DNA of 64,000 bases from a candidate division WOR-3 bacterium (lineage in GTDB: Bacteria; Hydrothermota; Tepidihabitantia; Tepidihabitantales; Tepidihabitantaceae), in assembly GCA_026418295.1 (NCBI GenBank), contig JAOABP010000002.1, positions 162,367-226,366 of the forward strand, read 5' to 3'. Position numbers and translations under genes: made by a program. The notes under the pieces are model-generated. The model worked only from the letters and a program-made list of their open reading frames with translations, was not told the origin of the DNA and made no database searches. Shown here piece by piece: positions 18,664 through 28,783 of this stretch. How positions within the stretch are numbered: position 1 is the first letter of the stretch; every line of letters starts with the position of its first letter.

Positions 18664-20263
18664 TGAATTTATTTACCGAAATAACAGTATCAAGTTCAAA
18701 CTTTTCGTCTGGAAATGGATGATCTTGGTTGTAATGTAGTCCGCGTGATTCTTTGCGTATTTGAGAGCAAATGACAATCAGTTGTGCGACGATAAGCATA
18801 TTTTGCATTTCCATCAAGGGTACCGAATTACAACAGCGCGCGACGATAGGTAGCTCGTCTTTCAATCGATTTAATTCGCGAAGAGCTGTATTCAAACCTG
18901 CATCTGATCGGATTATGCCGGCATATTGCCACATTATGTTTCGCAAGCGGTTAGCCAGTGTGAACTGAGCCTGATCCGATATCTCAATAGGGTGTGGAGT
19001 TAGGTAATAACTTAACTGCGGTGCTTTAGGTTTATTTACTGGGGGATATTTCTCAGTCGCACTTATCGCGGCTCGTTCGGCGAATACTAAAGCTTCCAAG
19101 AGCGAATTTGATGCTAGTCGGTTCGCGCCATGTAACCCAGTACACGCGCATTCCCCTGCGCAAAACAATCGGCCAATTGAACTTTCGCCCCAAGAATTAA
19201 CTGCAATCCCGCCACATACATAATGAGCAGCTGGAACTACTGGTATTGGCGTATTTGCAATATCAATACCAAGTTTCATACAGGTTTCATAGATATTAGG
19301 GAATCTCTCGACTAGACGCTCACGAGGTATCATAGTACAATCAAGTAAGACGAACTCGTCGCCTCGTCGAAGCATTTCTGCAGCAATGGCTCTTGCAACG
19401 ATGTCTCGTGGCGCCAATGGACCGTCAGGATGATAGGCACTCATAAACTCTCGTCCGTCACGGGTCTTTAATATTGCTCCCTCCCCTCGTACTGCTTCAG
19501 ATATTAAAAAAACGCGGTCATTAAGTTTGTGGCCATAAAGAGCTGTGGGATGAAATTGTATAAATTCCATGTTGGCTATCAAAGCCCCCGCACGATAAGC
19601 AATGGCAATTCCGTCACCGGTAGCGATTGCGGGATTAGTAGTGTGGCGATATACTTGCCCCACACCACCAGTAGCCAATAAACATGCATTTGCTCTGATT
19701 TTTTTCAACCTGCCTGTCGATTTTTCTAATATCAGCGCCCCAGCACAATTACCATCCTGATCTAACAGAAGGTCAACTGTGAAATGTTCTTCCAGGGTAT
19801 GGATGGTACTGATTGAGCGGACTGCTGCCAAAAGTCCTTTTTCAATTGCCTGCCCTGTTGCGTCTTGGGCATGGACGATCCTTCGTCGACGATGCCCCCC
19901 TTCCCGCCCGAGATCAAATTTTTTTTGTCCCGTAGCATCAATTTTAGTGGAAAATTCAATTCCCAACCTCCATAATTCATTAACAAGTCTTGGCCCTGCA
20001 GATGTTACAATTTCAACAATGTCTGGATGCGCAAGTCCTGCGCCTGCTCGTATCGTATCTTCGTAGTGGAGTCTAGGGGAATCATCTTCAGCAATTGCTG
20101 CAGCGATCCCCCCCTGAGCATAATTTGTATTCGATTCGGCACTGTTTTTTTTAGTAACAATTAGAACTTTTCCAAACTTACCCGCCTTCCAAGCAAACCA
20201 GAGACCTGCTATACCAGAACCTATAACTAGGTAATCTACTGATAGCTCTTCGTCAGGTCTCAT
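18644..20263 (-). CDS. nadB: L-aspartate oxidase
   Basis: GSGIAG, YAQGGIAA, REGGH, QFHPT, SEAVRGEG, HGANRLASNSLLE. Confidence 0.93.
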   Translation of the reverse strand: MRPDEELSVDYLVIGSGIAGLWFAWKAGKFGKVLIVTKKNSAESNTNYAQGGIAAAIAEDDSPRLHYEDTIRAGAGLAHPDIVEIVTSAGPRLVNELWRLGIEFSTKIDATGQKKFDLGREGGHRRRRIVHAQDATGQAIEKGLLAAVRSISTIHTLEEHFTVDLLLDQDGNCAGALILEKSTGRLKKIRANACLLATGGVGQVYRHTTNPAIATGDGIAIAYRAGALIANMEFIQFHPTALYGHKLNDRVFLISEAVRGEGAILKTRDGREFMSAYHPDGPLAPRDIVARAIAAEMLRRGDEFVLLDCTMIPRERLVERFPNIYETCMKLGIDIANTPIPVVPAAHYVCGGIAVNSWGESSIGRLFCAGECACTGLHGANRLASNSLLEALVFAERAAISATEKYPPVNKPKAPQLSYYLTPHPIEISDQAQFTLANRLRNIMWQYAGIIRSDAGLNTALRELNRLKDELPIVARCCNSVPLMEMQNMLIVAQLIVICSQIRKESRGLHYNQDHPFPDEKFELDTVISVNKFNVLEKF

Positions 20264-20264
20264 G

Positions 20265-20921
20265 TTAAAAGTGATACCTTAACTGCATGCCTAAATATGA
20301 AGGAGTTGGAGTAATGTCAATTCTTCGATTCAGGCGTGTTTCGGGTAAAAAGAATACGCAATCAATGAAACTGATTATTCGGTTTAGAACAAGTGCGCTA
20401 ACTAGAAAACTGGCAGCCATACCGGCACTTCTTGCTGATTTTCTGGTTTTCCAAAAGGAAAAGATCCTGATTGAATCGGATTGCCATTCCCATTCCCAAT
20501 GACCATAATATGCATGACTTTGAAAGTACCGTCTTTGGGCATCAGGATCGTCAGGGTATAACTCCCGGGCTTCTTTTTTGATGCTTTCATTGTATTCAGA
20601 TGAACTATTATACCTTTCGAGTGCCCGGTAATATCGCGGATCTTTAGTGGAGATATTTGCACCTGCATATTGACTGGCAATAAGTAATGCATCTTGTTCG
20701 AGGTTAGTCCGGTACCATGATAAAGTTGCCCAGCCCGTCCACAAAATGCCGTCAAGCCACACCATGATTTCCCCGCGTTTTCTTGCATCAGCAAGCAATT
20801 GTCCACTGCCAGGAAGAAGGGCTGATGCTACAATAGCAATTCTTCGACTTGGGGGCTTGATTTCGTTCTGATAAGCAGGTGTTTGCATCATTGCCATGGA
20901 CATTGATAGAAGAACATACAT
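20265..20921 (-). CDS. Hypothetical membrane/exported protein
   Basis: SALLPGSGQ motif and hydrophobic segments; ATG 20921 follows AAGGGGG. Confidence 0.6.
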   Translation of the reverse strand: MYVLLSMSMAMMQTPAYQNEIKPPSRRIAIVASALLPGSGQLLADARKRGEIMVWLDGILWTGWATLSWYRTNLEQDALLIASQYAGANISTKDPRYYRALERYNSSSEYNESIKKEARELYPDDPDAQRRYFQSHAYYGHWEWEWQSDSIRIFSFWKTRKSARSAGMAASFLVSALVLNRIISFIDCVFFLPETRLNRRIDITPTPSYLGMQLRYHF

Positions 20922-20935
20922 TTTTCCCCCTTTCG

Positions 20936-23719
20936 TCACATTATTACAACTTTGTATGCAAAATTACGATTATGTTTGTCTTGGATGTTTAAAAAATAGA
21001 TTCCGGGCGCTAGATTATCAATACTAATTGTGGTTTTACCAGTAACATTGATTTTGGACATAAGAGAGCCGCACAAGTTGTAAATACAAATTTTAGTTGC
21101 ATGTCTTAGAGAAAAAGAAATTTTATTTTGCTGTCTTAGGAAAAAAGTTCCTATATTGGGAACTCTTTCTGGTTGGTATTTTGGGTCTTGGTAGGTTAAC
21201 TCCTGAATACCAATAAGGTTCCAATCCGTGACCTTGCAAGAAATATCCCACCCCTGATGACGCCGATTATCAGTCCATGTAAAAATAATGAATTCATTAT
21301 TGGCAATGACGCTTTGACCGACGGTCCAATGAGAATTATTGGGGAATAAATTAGGTTCGTTGATTTTCTGATTATGGCCAATTCTTGTGCCATCTGAACG
21401 AAACCGTTGGCAGAATATTTGAGGATTACCAATATTTTCGAATTCTCCATTAAACATCACGGCCAGACGGCCTGTTTCATCAAATGCGCAGCTCGGTGAG
21501 TAGCAGTCCGAGTGTCCGGGAGGATTATCGTTAACCCTTTCATTAACGCCTATCAGATTGCCAAGTGAATCCAGAAATTGTACATAAATGTCATATGAGC
21601 CGTTACGCTTATCCTCCCATGCTATTGCAATATTCCGATTGTTATCAATTGCACACGCCGGATATGATTGAAGAACATTTTGGCCGTCTAGATTTACTCT
21701 TTTGTTTGACCCGATTTTTTCGCCACGGGGTGTAAATAGCTGGCAGTAGATATCGTAGTTGCCGTTACGGTAATCCATCCAACTAACAACCCAATATCCA
21801 GCAGAATTCATTGCTACGCTCGCGAAAGCTTCTGGGATACTTTCGGGTGTGTCACTAACACGAAATTCGGGTCCAACAGGATTACCATTTTCATCGTATA
21901 ATCGGGCGTAAATTTTAGAAAAAGTTTGTCGATAATCCATCCATACAATAACAGCGCGATTATATGTGTCCATAGCACAGTATGGATACCATTGAGATGC
22001 ACCAATGTTACCTTCGTTAACAAGAAAATTACCGCCTATTTTACTACCGTCATCGTCAAGCAACTGGGCATAAATATCTCCTCCTTGACGGGAATCATGC
22101 CAGCAGACGATAAAACGTTTGTTTCCGCCTGCACTGCTTGGGTAAAAATGCGAGCCAGTTCCGTTTGAATCATCGTTGATGCGGAAATTTTGTGAAATGG
22201 GGGTGCCAAACTTGTTGATAATTGTAGCATAAATATCACAATTCCCATTTCGTTCATCTTCCCAAGCTATTAGTATTCTTTGATTCAAGCGTTCTTGCCC
22301 GACAGAGGAAACTCGTTGGTGAGAACTGTTGGAGTCGTCATTTACTCGAAAATTGATTCCTATTTTATCACCACTCCGTGTGATTCTCTGACAGTATATG
22401 TCAAAATTTCCATTACGTGCATCAGCCCAAGTAATGCAGTAGCCACCATCAGATAAAGCAATTACTGCCGGAGAGATCTGTGAACTGCTGCTCATATCGT
22501 CGTTAATTTTAAATTCGCTACCGATACGAATTCCAGCAGAATTGAATATTTGCGCGTAGATATCGTCATTCCCATTTCGTTTATCAGACCAGACAACGAT
22601 AAACTCGCCGTAGCGGTTGATTGCTACATCTCCCAGTAGTTGATCGGCATCCCCCATATCGCAGTTAACGCGAAAATTAGTATCCACTGGTGTTCCGGAT
22701 GTATCATAGATCTGGGCATAAATATCCCACTGGTTTCTTCTGCGGTCATTCCAGGTAACAACAAAATTACCAGCAGGACCGACGGCAATTCTTGGGGACC
22801 ATTGAATACTTTCCTGAGCTGTTACGCGGAAGTTGTTATCGATGCGCGTGCCATTACAATTAAAGCGCTGGCCATAAATATTCCAGTTTCCGTCTCTTCC
22901 ATCCATCCAGACAACAACAAATCTGTTAGAGTCATCACAGCCGATATCAGGTTCATACTGGTTACCATAATTCAACGGGTCATCATTGATTCGAAAATCA
23001 TTCCCAATGAGTGAACCATCGCGGTTAAGAAATCTGCCATAAATATCTCCAGTAATTCCATTACGACGGTCGTCCCACACGATTAGGCTGATGCCGTTTG
23101 GCACAACAGAAACAGCGGAGATGCTTTGGTCCCCTGCGGCTGTTGAGTCATTAATCCGGAAATTATCCCCCAATCGATTGCCATTACGGTCAAACCGCTG
23201 GGCAAAAATGTCAGAGTTGCCTAGTTGGCGACGATCTTCCCATGTAAATATGAAGTTACCGTTTGGACTCCCGGCCACTGCAGGATCTCCTTGCCAGCCC
23301 ATAGTGATATCAGTATTTACGCGTTGGTTACATCCCAAGGCCACTCCCGAAGAATCATATAATTGATACCAGATATCGGCATCGCCATCCCGAAATTCGT
23401 ACCAACATATTACAAAGCTGTTAACGGAGTTTGAAGCAATCTTGGGCGTTTTTTGAGAACACCCGCCTCTTGAGTCATCGTTAAGTATGAAATCACTTTT
23501 GATTACACTGTCTGTGTCAAAGTTATTTGTGATAGTTTGGTACCTTCTTTTAAATTGACCTGGATGTTCTTCGGCAAATAGTGGGTGGTTAAGATACGAT
23601 ATGGGGGTTCGAGGATTGGTCGAATCATGAACCATGGACGATTGTCGGGATTGAGGATGTTCTGCACTTAAACTGTTAATCGATATTAAAACAGCAGTTA
23701 GACCTGTGAATGGTATCAT
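20936..23719 (-). CDS. Secreted tandem-repeat (probable beta-propeller) protein with T9SS-type CTD
   Basis: About 13 repeats of ~57 aa (W.D.R.GN.DIY.Q..D..G..IG.NFR(V/I)ND); CTD IYNLCG...LAPGIYF...KVVIM. Confidence 0.75.
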   Translation of the reverse strand: MIPFTGLTAVLISINSLSAEHPQSRQSSMVHDSTNPRTPISYLNHPLFAEEHPGQFKRRYQTITNNFDTDSVIKSDFILNDDSRGGCSQKTPKIASNSVNSFVICWYEFRDGDADIWYQLYDSSGVALGCNQRVNTDITMGWQGDPAVAGSPNGNFIFTWEDRRQLGNSDIFAQRFDRNGNRLGDNFRINDSTAAGDQSISAVSVVPNGISLIVWDDRRNGITGDIYGRFLNRDGSLIGNDFRINDDPLNYGNQYEPDIGCDDSNRFVVVWMDGRDGNWNIYGQRFNCNGTRIDNNFRVTAQESIQWSPRIAVGPAGNFVVTWNDRRRNQWDIYAQIYDTSGTPVDTNFRVNCDMGDADQLLGDVAINRYGEFIVVWSDKRNGNDDIYAQIFNSAGIRIGSEFKINDDMSSSSQISPAVIALSDGGYCITWADARNGNFDIYCQRITRSGDKIGINFRVNDDSNSSHQRVSSVGQERLNQRILIAWEDERNGNCDIYATIINKFGTPISQNFRINDDSNGTGSHFYPSSAGGNKRFIVCWHDSRQGGDIYAQLLDDDGSKIGGNFLVNEGNIGASQWYPYCAMDTYNRAVIVWMDYRQTFSKIYARLYDENGNPVGPEFRVSDTPESIPEAFASVAMNSAGYWVVSWMDYRNGNYDIYCQLFTPRGEKIGSNKRVNLDGQNVLQSYPACAIDNNRNIAIAWEDKRNGSYDIYVQFLDSLGNLIGVNERVNDNPPGHSDCYSPSCAFDETGRLAVMFNGEFENIGNPQIFCQRFRSDGTRIGHNQKINEPNLFPNNSHWTVGQSVIANNEFIIFTWTDNRRHQGWDISCKVTDWNLIGIQELTYQDPKYQPERVPNIGTFFLRQQNKISFSLRHATKICIYNLCGSLMSKINVTGKTTISIDNLAPGIYFLNIQDKHNRNFAYKVVIM

Positions 23720-26700
23720 CGGATAATTGCCAGTTTGGCGAAGCGAATTTGCCGTCGATTTTCAGTGTTGACTTCAAGCTTTACGACATAGATTCCAGGC
23801 GCAAGGTTTTTAAGATTGAGCCATAATTCATTGTCAACAAAAGGACTTGTCGGGGCGGCGATTTCATTAATTACAGGTTCGCCGCTCATGTCTAAAACCG
23901 TGAAGTGTGCAGGAGAAATATTGTGATTCAATCGGAACCTTATGCAGACAGCATCGTTAGCTGGATTTGGATAAAGATAGAATTGATTTATCAATGGACC
24001 AGAATCTGCATTTGGAAAATACGCAGGTGGATATGTCAGTCCGGTATGACAGGGGTCGTGATAGAGGCAACTCCAGTATTCCTTAAAATCAGAGTTTGGC
24101 AGGCTCCAGATATAGAATATGCCACTATCTGAGCCAGCAGCGATTTCCGGGTTGCCATCATTGTTAATGTCTGCATAAAGAGGAGTGGCACTTACAGATG
24201 CTGTAGTCATTAAGGGGAAAAGGTCAAGAAGTGTGCCATCTTTTCCATTAAACCCGAGAATGCCATGCGCCGGCGAACCGATAATAATATCTGGTACATT
24301 GTCATTATTTAACCCGATAATAATGGGCGAGGAACGGAATTCAAAAGGTTTCTCGTAACTAACTATCCAGTTGCCCACCAGTTCTTGAACGGAAAATGTA
24401 GACTCACAACGGAGAGGATAGTTTGTAACTAATGTGGCATTGTAGTTGAAAGCAAAGATTTTATTGCGCGCAGCGCAAATAATATCAAGATAACCATCGG
24501 TATTCATGTCCGCCACTGCCAATGTGCCGGTAAACGGATGTTCTATTAATTCCTGGGATTGATAAATTATAGTTCCGGTCTGTGTGATTAAGTATAATCG
24601 ATACTCATGTTCTCCACCAGCAACTACCGCAATTTCATTTTCACCGTCGCGATTGTAATCTGCGACAACAGGTTGAGCAGATGCATAGAACGGGGAATAA
24701 CCGAGAGTGATAGGAAATCCGGGAACTATGGTTCCATCTTGATTTAACAGCCAAACACGGTGATCTGCTGTGAGAACAACAATTCTGGGGTTCGTTGTAT
24801 CGGTTATTGCCGCTGGCGCTCTGATTTCTGTACCCAAGCGGACAGGAAAACCCGCTATTATTTCTCCGTCAGAGGTAACTGCATACATATTACCATCAGT
24901 TGAACCGATTATTACATCTTTATATCCATCGTGGTTTAGATCGGCAAGAACTGGTGCTGCTATAATGCGGTCTGACGTTCTGAGTGTAGTTTTTAGAAGT
25001 CCAGTCATAGTATAGATTCTAATTTTTCCATCTGTACAGCCAGCCACTATTTCCAGTCCTGAATCGGGTGCTACATCACCTACCGCCAAGTCAGCTGCTA
25101 TTTGAGATCCTGTATTTACAAATGCGCCGTTTGGGAAACGGAAACCATCGCCGTTATATCGCCATGCGAATATTTGGCCTGCGCTGTCGGCAGTAACAAC
25201 CTCCAATGTTCCATCAAAATCTAAATCCACGGCATAAGCCGATTTCAAAGGGCTGTTTCTTTGCAAATCTTTTGGGAAGTTTTGATAATAAAGATCCCAA
25301 TTAACTTTAATTGTTATCAGCGTGTCCTTTAAGGAAGAAAGGGTGTCTCCTTCTCCATATAATTCTACAGAAATAAAACTTTTGCCGACGTAGGCGTCAG
25401 AATTTGGTGTTGTATAAGCATTAAAGCGGTCGTTATAACCCTGTTTGGAAAAAGGATCAAACTTGTAACCATATACTTCATATTGATAATTATAAGTCAA
25501 CCAGTATGGAACATCGAAGTCTTGAATACCATCCGCTTCTTCGAGATCTACGCCTTTGTGTGCGGGGTCAATATTGATAGCATTATAAGGACTATAATCA
25601 GCGATAACTTTTTCATCTATGTGCCAAACAAGGATTCCTGAGCCAGGTAAAAAGAAATCATACTCGTTTGATTCAACCCCAATAACTACACCATCTTCGA
25701 CATCAACGATAATGGTATCCGGTTTGCGGATGTCGGTCTGGCGATTTTCAATTAAGAAGTACTCCTGTTGATTTATCGGTATTTTAATAATTTTCGGATA
25801 GATGCTGTCAGGGCGGCTGGTATATAGGCTAGTATCTATCATGCCTGAATAAACTTTAATTGATTCTGTTGGTGAAGAAATAACTTTAGGAGTGATAAAG
25901 CCCAGAGCAACTCGGTGATATGCATCAAGGGAAGCAGGTAATATCCCCGGAGGCGCTCCAGCACTGTAATCGCCTACCCAACCACCATATCCCATAAGAC
26001 TCCAAGCCCCTACTCCCATTGTCACGCCTGTTACATCATATAAATCATAAGCTCCAAGAAGATGTGCAAATTCATGAGCCAATGTACCAGCTAAGCCCAC
26101 CATTCCAGCGAGATTGATTTCCCCTCTTTCGGTGAGTGTATCTTGTCGCATCATTTCCGGCAATACGGTTGCCTGTTCAATACGCGTTTGGCCTTCATCA
26201 ACTAAAATATAAGGTACACCTAAATAGGCTTCAATTGCTCCTGGGGGGATTTCCCCTGCAAGTAAATCATACGGACTGTCACGTTTACCATCAGCTGCAT
26301 AATCTGATTGAAGGCCGCTGCCAGCGTGAAAGATAATGAATTCATCATAATCGCGGAAATGAATAGCTGTATCGAGGTCTGCTACCTTAAGAGCGTCGTG
26401 CATCAGTCGAACCAGTCCGTACTCAATGCCTTCATATGAAACAGTATCACCATAAAATTGCATTTCTCTCGGCAACTGGTAACATTTTTTTTCTCCAGAA
26501 GGCATAACAGTATAATCAATAAATAATTTGCCTTGCGACTGAGCCAGATAATAGTTTCGCAGACCTTCCATTAATCTTTCAAAGTAGCGTTTGAAATGAG
26601 GTGGATCATAAAAAAGACCCGAATCAGGGGAAAGGAAACCGAATGTGTCCATTTTGCCGTTGCCGGTAGTCAATGGAGTAGTGTCTTCAACAAATTCTAC

Positions 26701-26970
26701 TCTAAGACAGAGTACGCGCACGGTATCAGTTGCACCATAACGCAGTTTGTTAATTCGAATTATGTCTTTGCGGGTCGGGTTAAATCGAAAGCGTTGAAAA
26801 GGTTCAGTTTCCTGTTGCCAAAAGTTCACTGAAGGAATAAGTCTTTTGGTAGTTTCAATATTCCAGATCGATCTTTCGGATTTTGAATTACGAATTAGCC
26901 GCAGGTTTTCTCCCAAACCGAGAGAAAATACAGAAATTAATATCAGAAGTAACAGTTTAAAATTTTTCAT
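23716..26970 (-). CDS. M6 (immune inhibitor A-like) zinc metalloprotease with FG-GAP repeats and T9SS-type CTD
   Basis: Signal peptide MKNFKLLLL; HEFAHLLGAYD (HExxHxxGxxD), Met-turn WSLMG, EYFLIENRQ, GILVWHIDE; DLNHDG-type repeats; CTD YPNP...LAPGIYVV. Confidence 0.85.
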   Translation of the reverse strand: MKNFKLLLLILISVFSLGLGENLRLIRNSKSERSIWNIETTKRLIPSVNFWQQETEPFQRFRFNPTRKDIIRINKLRYGATDTVRVLCLRVEFVEDTTPLTTGNGKMDTFGFLSPDSGLFYDPPHFKRYFERLMEGLRNYYLAQSQGKLFIDYTVMPSGEKKCYQLPREMQFYGDTVSYEGIEYGLVRLMHDALKVADLDTAIHFRDYDEFIIFHAGSGLQSDYAADGKRDSPYDLLAGEIPPGAIEAYLGVPYILVDEGQTRIEQATVLPEMMRQDTLTERGEINLAGMVGLAGTLAHEFAHLLGAYDLYDVTGVTMGVGAWSLMGYGGWVGDYSAGAPPGILPASLDAYHRVALGFITPKVISSPTESIKVYSGMIDTSLYTSRPDSIYPKIIKIPINQQEYFLIENRQTDIRKPDTIIVDVEDGVVIGVESNEYDFFLPGSGILVWHIDEKVIADYSPYNAINIDPAHKGVDLEEADGIQDFDVPYWLTYNYQYEVYGYKFDPFSKQGYNDRFNAYTTPNSDAYVGKSFISVELYGEGDTLSSLKDTLITIKVNWDLYYQNFPKDLQRNSPLKSAYAVDLDFDGTLEVVTADSAGQIFAWRYNGDGFRFPNGAFVNTGSQIAADLAVGDVAPDSGLEIVAGCTDGKIRIYTMTGLLKTTLRTSDRIIAAPVLADLNHDGYKDVIIGSTDGNMYAVTSDGEIIAGFPVRLGTEIRAPAAITDTTNPRIVVLTADHRVWLLNQDGTIVPGFPITLGYSPFYASAQPVVADYNRDGENEIAVVAGGEHEYRLYLITQTGTIIYQSQELIEHPFTGTLAVADMNTDGYLDIICAARNKIFAFNYNATLVTNYPLRCESTFSVQELVGNWIVSYEKPFEFRSSPIIIGLNNDNVPDIIIGSPAHGILGFNGKDGTLLDLFPLMTTASVSATPLYADINNDGNPEIAAGSDSGIFYIWSLPNSDFKEYWSCLYHDPCHTGLTYPPAYFPNADSGPLINQFYLYPNPANDAVCIRFRLNHNISPAHFTVLDMSGEPVINEIAAPTSPFVDNELWLNLKNLAPGIYVVKLEVNTENRRQIRFAKLAIIR

Positions 26971-26996
26971 TCTATAGCCTCTTAAGTCACGGAATG

Positions 26997-27085
26997 CGGA
27001 GAGAGAGGGATTCGAACCCCCGATACCCTGTAAAGGGTATACGTGATTTCGAGTCACGCGCCTTCGTCCACTCGGCCATCTCTCC
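26997..27085 (-). tRNA. tRNA-Ser(CGA), long variable arm, CCA not encoded
   Basis: GGAGAGATGGCCGAGTGGACGAAGGCGCGTGACTCGAAATCACG...GGTTCGAATCCCTCTCTCTCCG folds as a cloverleaf. Confidence 0.95.
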
Positions 27086-27089
27086 TGAT

Positions 27090-27566
27090 TCACCTTGTTT
27101 TACGTTTTTTTTGAAAGAAGTTTTTTAGTAATCTGGCTGCTTCGTCGGCTAATATACCTCCGGTAATTTCAAAACAGTGGTTGAATCGCAAATTTCTAAT
27201 TAAATTATACCTTGAATTTAGGCAGCCAAATTTTTCGTCTTGGGTGCCATATACTACTCTTTTGACTCTTGAAAGAAGAAGCGCGCCGGTACACATTAAA
27301 CATGGTTCTACAGTAACATAAGCTGTGGTGTTGAGTAAACGCCAATTTTCCAGAGATCGTGCTGCTGCGGTAATGGCAAGAATTTCTGCGTGTGCAGTTG
27401 GATCTTTAAGCGATTCGGTCAGATTATGTCCCTTGCCTATTATTGTATCGTTAAGTACTATTATACAACCAACAGGAACTTCATTTTCTTCTGCAGCACG
27501 TTGCGCTTCTTGGAGTGCTATCCTCATCCAATATTCGTCATTAACATTAACTTTATTTTCCTTCAC
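27090..27566 (-). CDS. tadA: tRNA adenosine(34) deaminase
   Basis: EVPVG, DPTAHAE, EPCLMC, FF..KR tail. Confidence 0.93.
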   Translation of the reverse strand: MKENKVNVNDEYWMRIALQEAQRAAEENEVPVGCIIVLNDTIIGKGHNLTESLKDPTAHAEILAITAAARSLENWRLLNTTAYVTVEPCLMCTGALLLSRVKRVVYGTQDEKFGCLNSRYNLIRNLRFNHCFEITGGILADEAARLLKNFFQKKRKTR

Positions 27567-27589
27567 TTCTTTTGGCTTATGTTATTCCA

Positions 27590-27663
27590 TGCGCCCGGCG
27601 CGATTCGAACGCGCAACCTACGGATTCGTAGTCCGGCACTCTATCCAGTTGAGCTACGGGCGC
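27590..27663 (-). tRNA. tRNA-Arg(ACG), CCA not encoded
   Basis: GCGCCCGTAGCTCAACTGGATAGAGTGCCGGACTACGAATCCGTAGGTTGCGCGTTCGAATCGCGCCGGGCGCA folds as a cloverleaf. Confidence 0.95.
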
Positions 27664-27673
27664 ATCTATAGTA

Positions 27674-27701
27674 ATTTTAAGTAATAATCGTGAAAGGTCA
27701 A
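27674..27701 (-). promoter_or_regulatory. Sigma70-type promoter for tRNA-Arg/tadA (TTGACC-16-TAAAAT)
   Basis: Read directly from sequence; 10 nt upstream of the tRNA 5' end. Confidence 0.6.
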
Positions 27702-27706
27702 GTTAT

Positions 27707-28783
27707 CTACGTTGCTGTAGTGCTGTAATTTGGCGGTTGAATTTTTTTTAATGTGCAGTAATTGGCAAGCGTCGAATTTACATTAAGTGAGCTGAGATGA
27801 TAACGATTATAAAAGTATGTGAGTTTTTCAATCAATGTTTGAAGGGTTATTAATTTATTATGAGGCGTGCGGTCAAATTCTGAAGAACAAGTAGATACAA
27901 AATCGGACACGCGTTTGCATATTACGTGAAGGGCAGTATTGATTATAAGTGAAGGCTCGGCATGCTTTAATTCTGCGAGAACGCATGAGATGGGCTGTGT
28001 TGATGGGTTTTTAATAAAATCCAGTAACGGTGTTACAGCAAAATCAGCAAAATTTTTGTAAATACTGAGTGCACGTCCAAGAGACCCCTGAGCAAGTGTA
28101 GCAACGAGCATTGGGTCAATATTTGTTGGTGGATTTTCTGGCAGTATCTTCTTATTTTTTATGAAGTTAACTATATCTGATTCTTGAATGTTGGCAAATC
28201 GGATAATCTGACATCGGGAACGAATAGTCGGGTACAACGCATAATGATTTACAGTGGTAAGAATAAATATGGTGTTATGTTGAGGTTCTTCAAGAATTTT
28301 TAAAAGTGCATTTTGTGCTTCGGCGTTCATTTTGTGTGCGTTTAATATTATATAAAATCTCTTCTGTGCAGATACAGGATGTTTGGTCATTTCACTTGCC
28401 AGCCAACGAATGGCATTTATTGGTATAGTGTAGTTTGCGGGTATAGGAGGCTGAGATTTGCCAAGTGCAAAATCGGAATAATGTTTTACCATTTCAGCGA
28501 TCACGTCCTCACTTTTTGAATCGGCTGAGGGATTGCGTATCGGAATTACAAGATGGATATCTGGATGATTAAGATTTGAAATTTTGTTACACGAAGAACA
28601 ACCTGAACAGGTTAATTCTTTCCGTTTATCGCAGTTAATCGCCTGTGCCAGCTTAATTGCCAATGTACGCTTGCCAACACCCGGTTGACCAACAAAAATC
28701 AAAGGAAGAAAATGTTTCGCTGTAATCAATCTTTTAAGAATTTTGACTACCTTATCTTGGCCGATGATATCCGTGAAGAGCAT
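27707..28783 (-). CDS. holB: DNA polymerase III subunit delta-prime-like clamp-loader subunit
   Basis: FTDIIGQ, GQPGVGK, Zn-binding cysteines, NHPD, AQNALLKILEEP, TIRSRC. Confidence 0.85.
   Translation of the reverse strand: MLFTDIIGQDKVVKILKRLITAKHFLPLIFVGQPGVGKRTLAIKLAQAINCDKRKELTCSGCSSCNKISNLNHPDIHLVIPIRNPSADSKSEDVIAEMVKHYSDFALGKSQPPIPANYTIPINAIRWLASEMTKHPVSAQKRFYIILNAHKMNAEAQNALLKILEEPQHNTIFILTTVNHYALYPTIRSRCQIIRFANIQESDIVNFIKNKKILPENPPTNIDPMLVATLAQGSLGRALSIYKNFADFAVTPLLDFIKNPSTQPISCVLAELKHAEPSLIINTALHVICKRVSDFVSTCSSEFDRTPHNKLITLQTLIEKLTYFYNRYHLSSLNVNSTLANYCTLKKIQPPNYSTTAT

Noticed and set aside
20936..23719. Periodic DNA similarity suggesting a CRISPR array or DNA repeat
   Set aside because: The repeats are degenerate, in-frame protein repeats; there are no identical DNA repeats with spacers and no cas genes.
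17734..27085. Possible genomic island between tRNA-Ser and a tyrosine recombinase
   Set aside because: The recombinase has chromosomal XerD signatures, nadB is a core gene, and no duplicated tRNA 3' end (att repeat) is visible near 17704-17733.
26971..27093. N-terminal extension of the 1125-aa ORF
   Set aside because: It runs through tRNA-Ser; the true start is ATG 26970 with an SD and signal peptide.
27325..27684. + strand ORFs of 119 and 93 aa
   Set aside because: Antisense shadows of tadA and tRNA-Arg.
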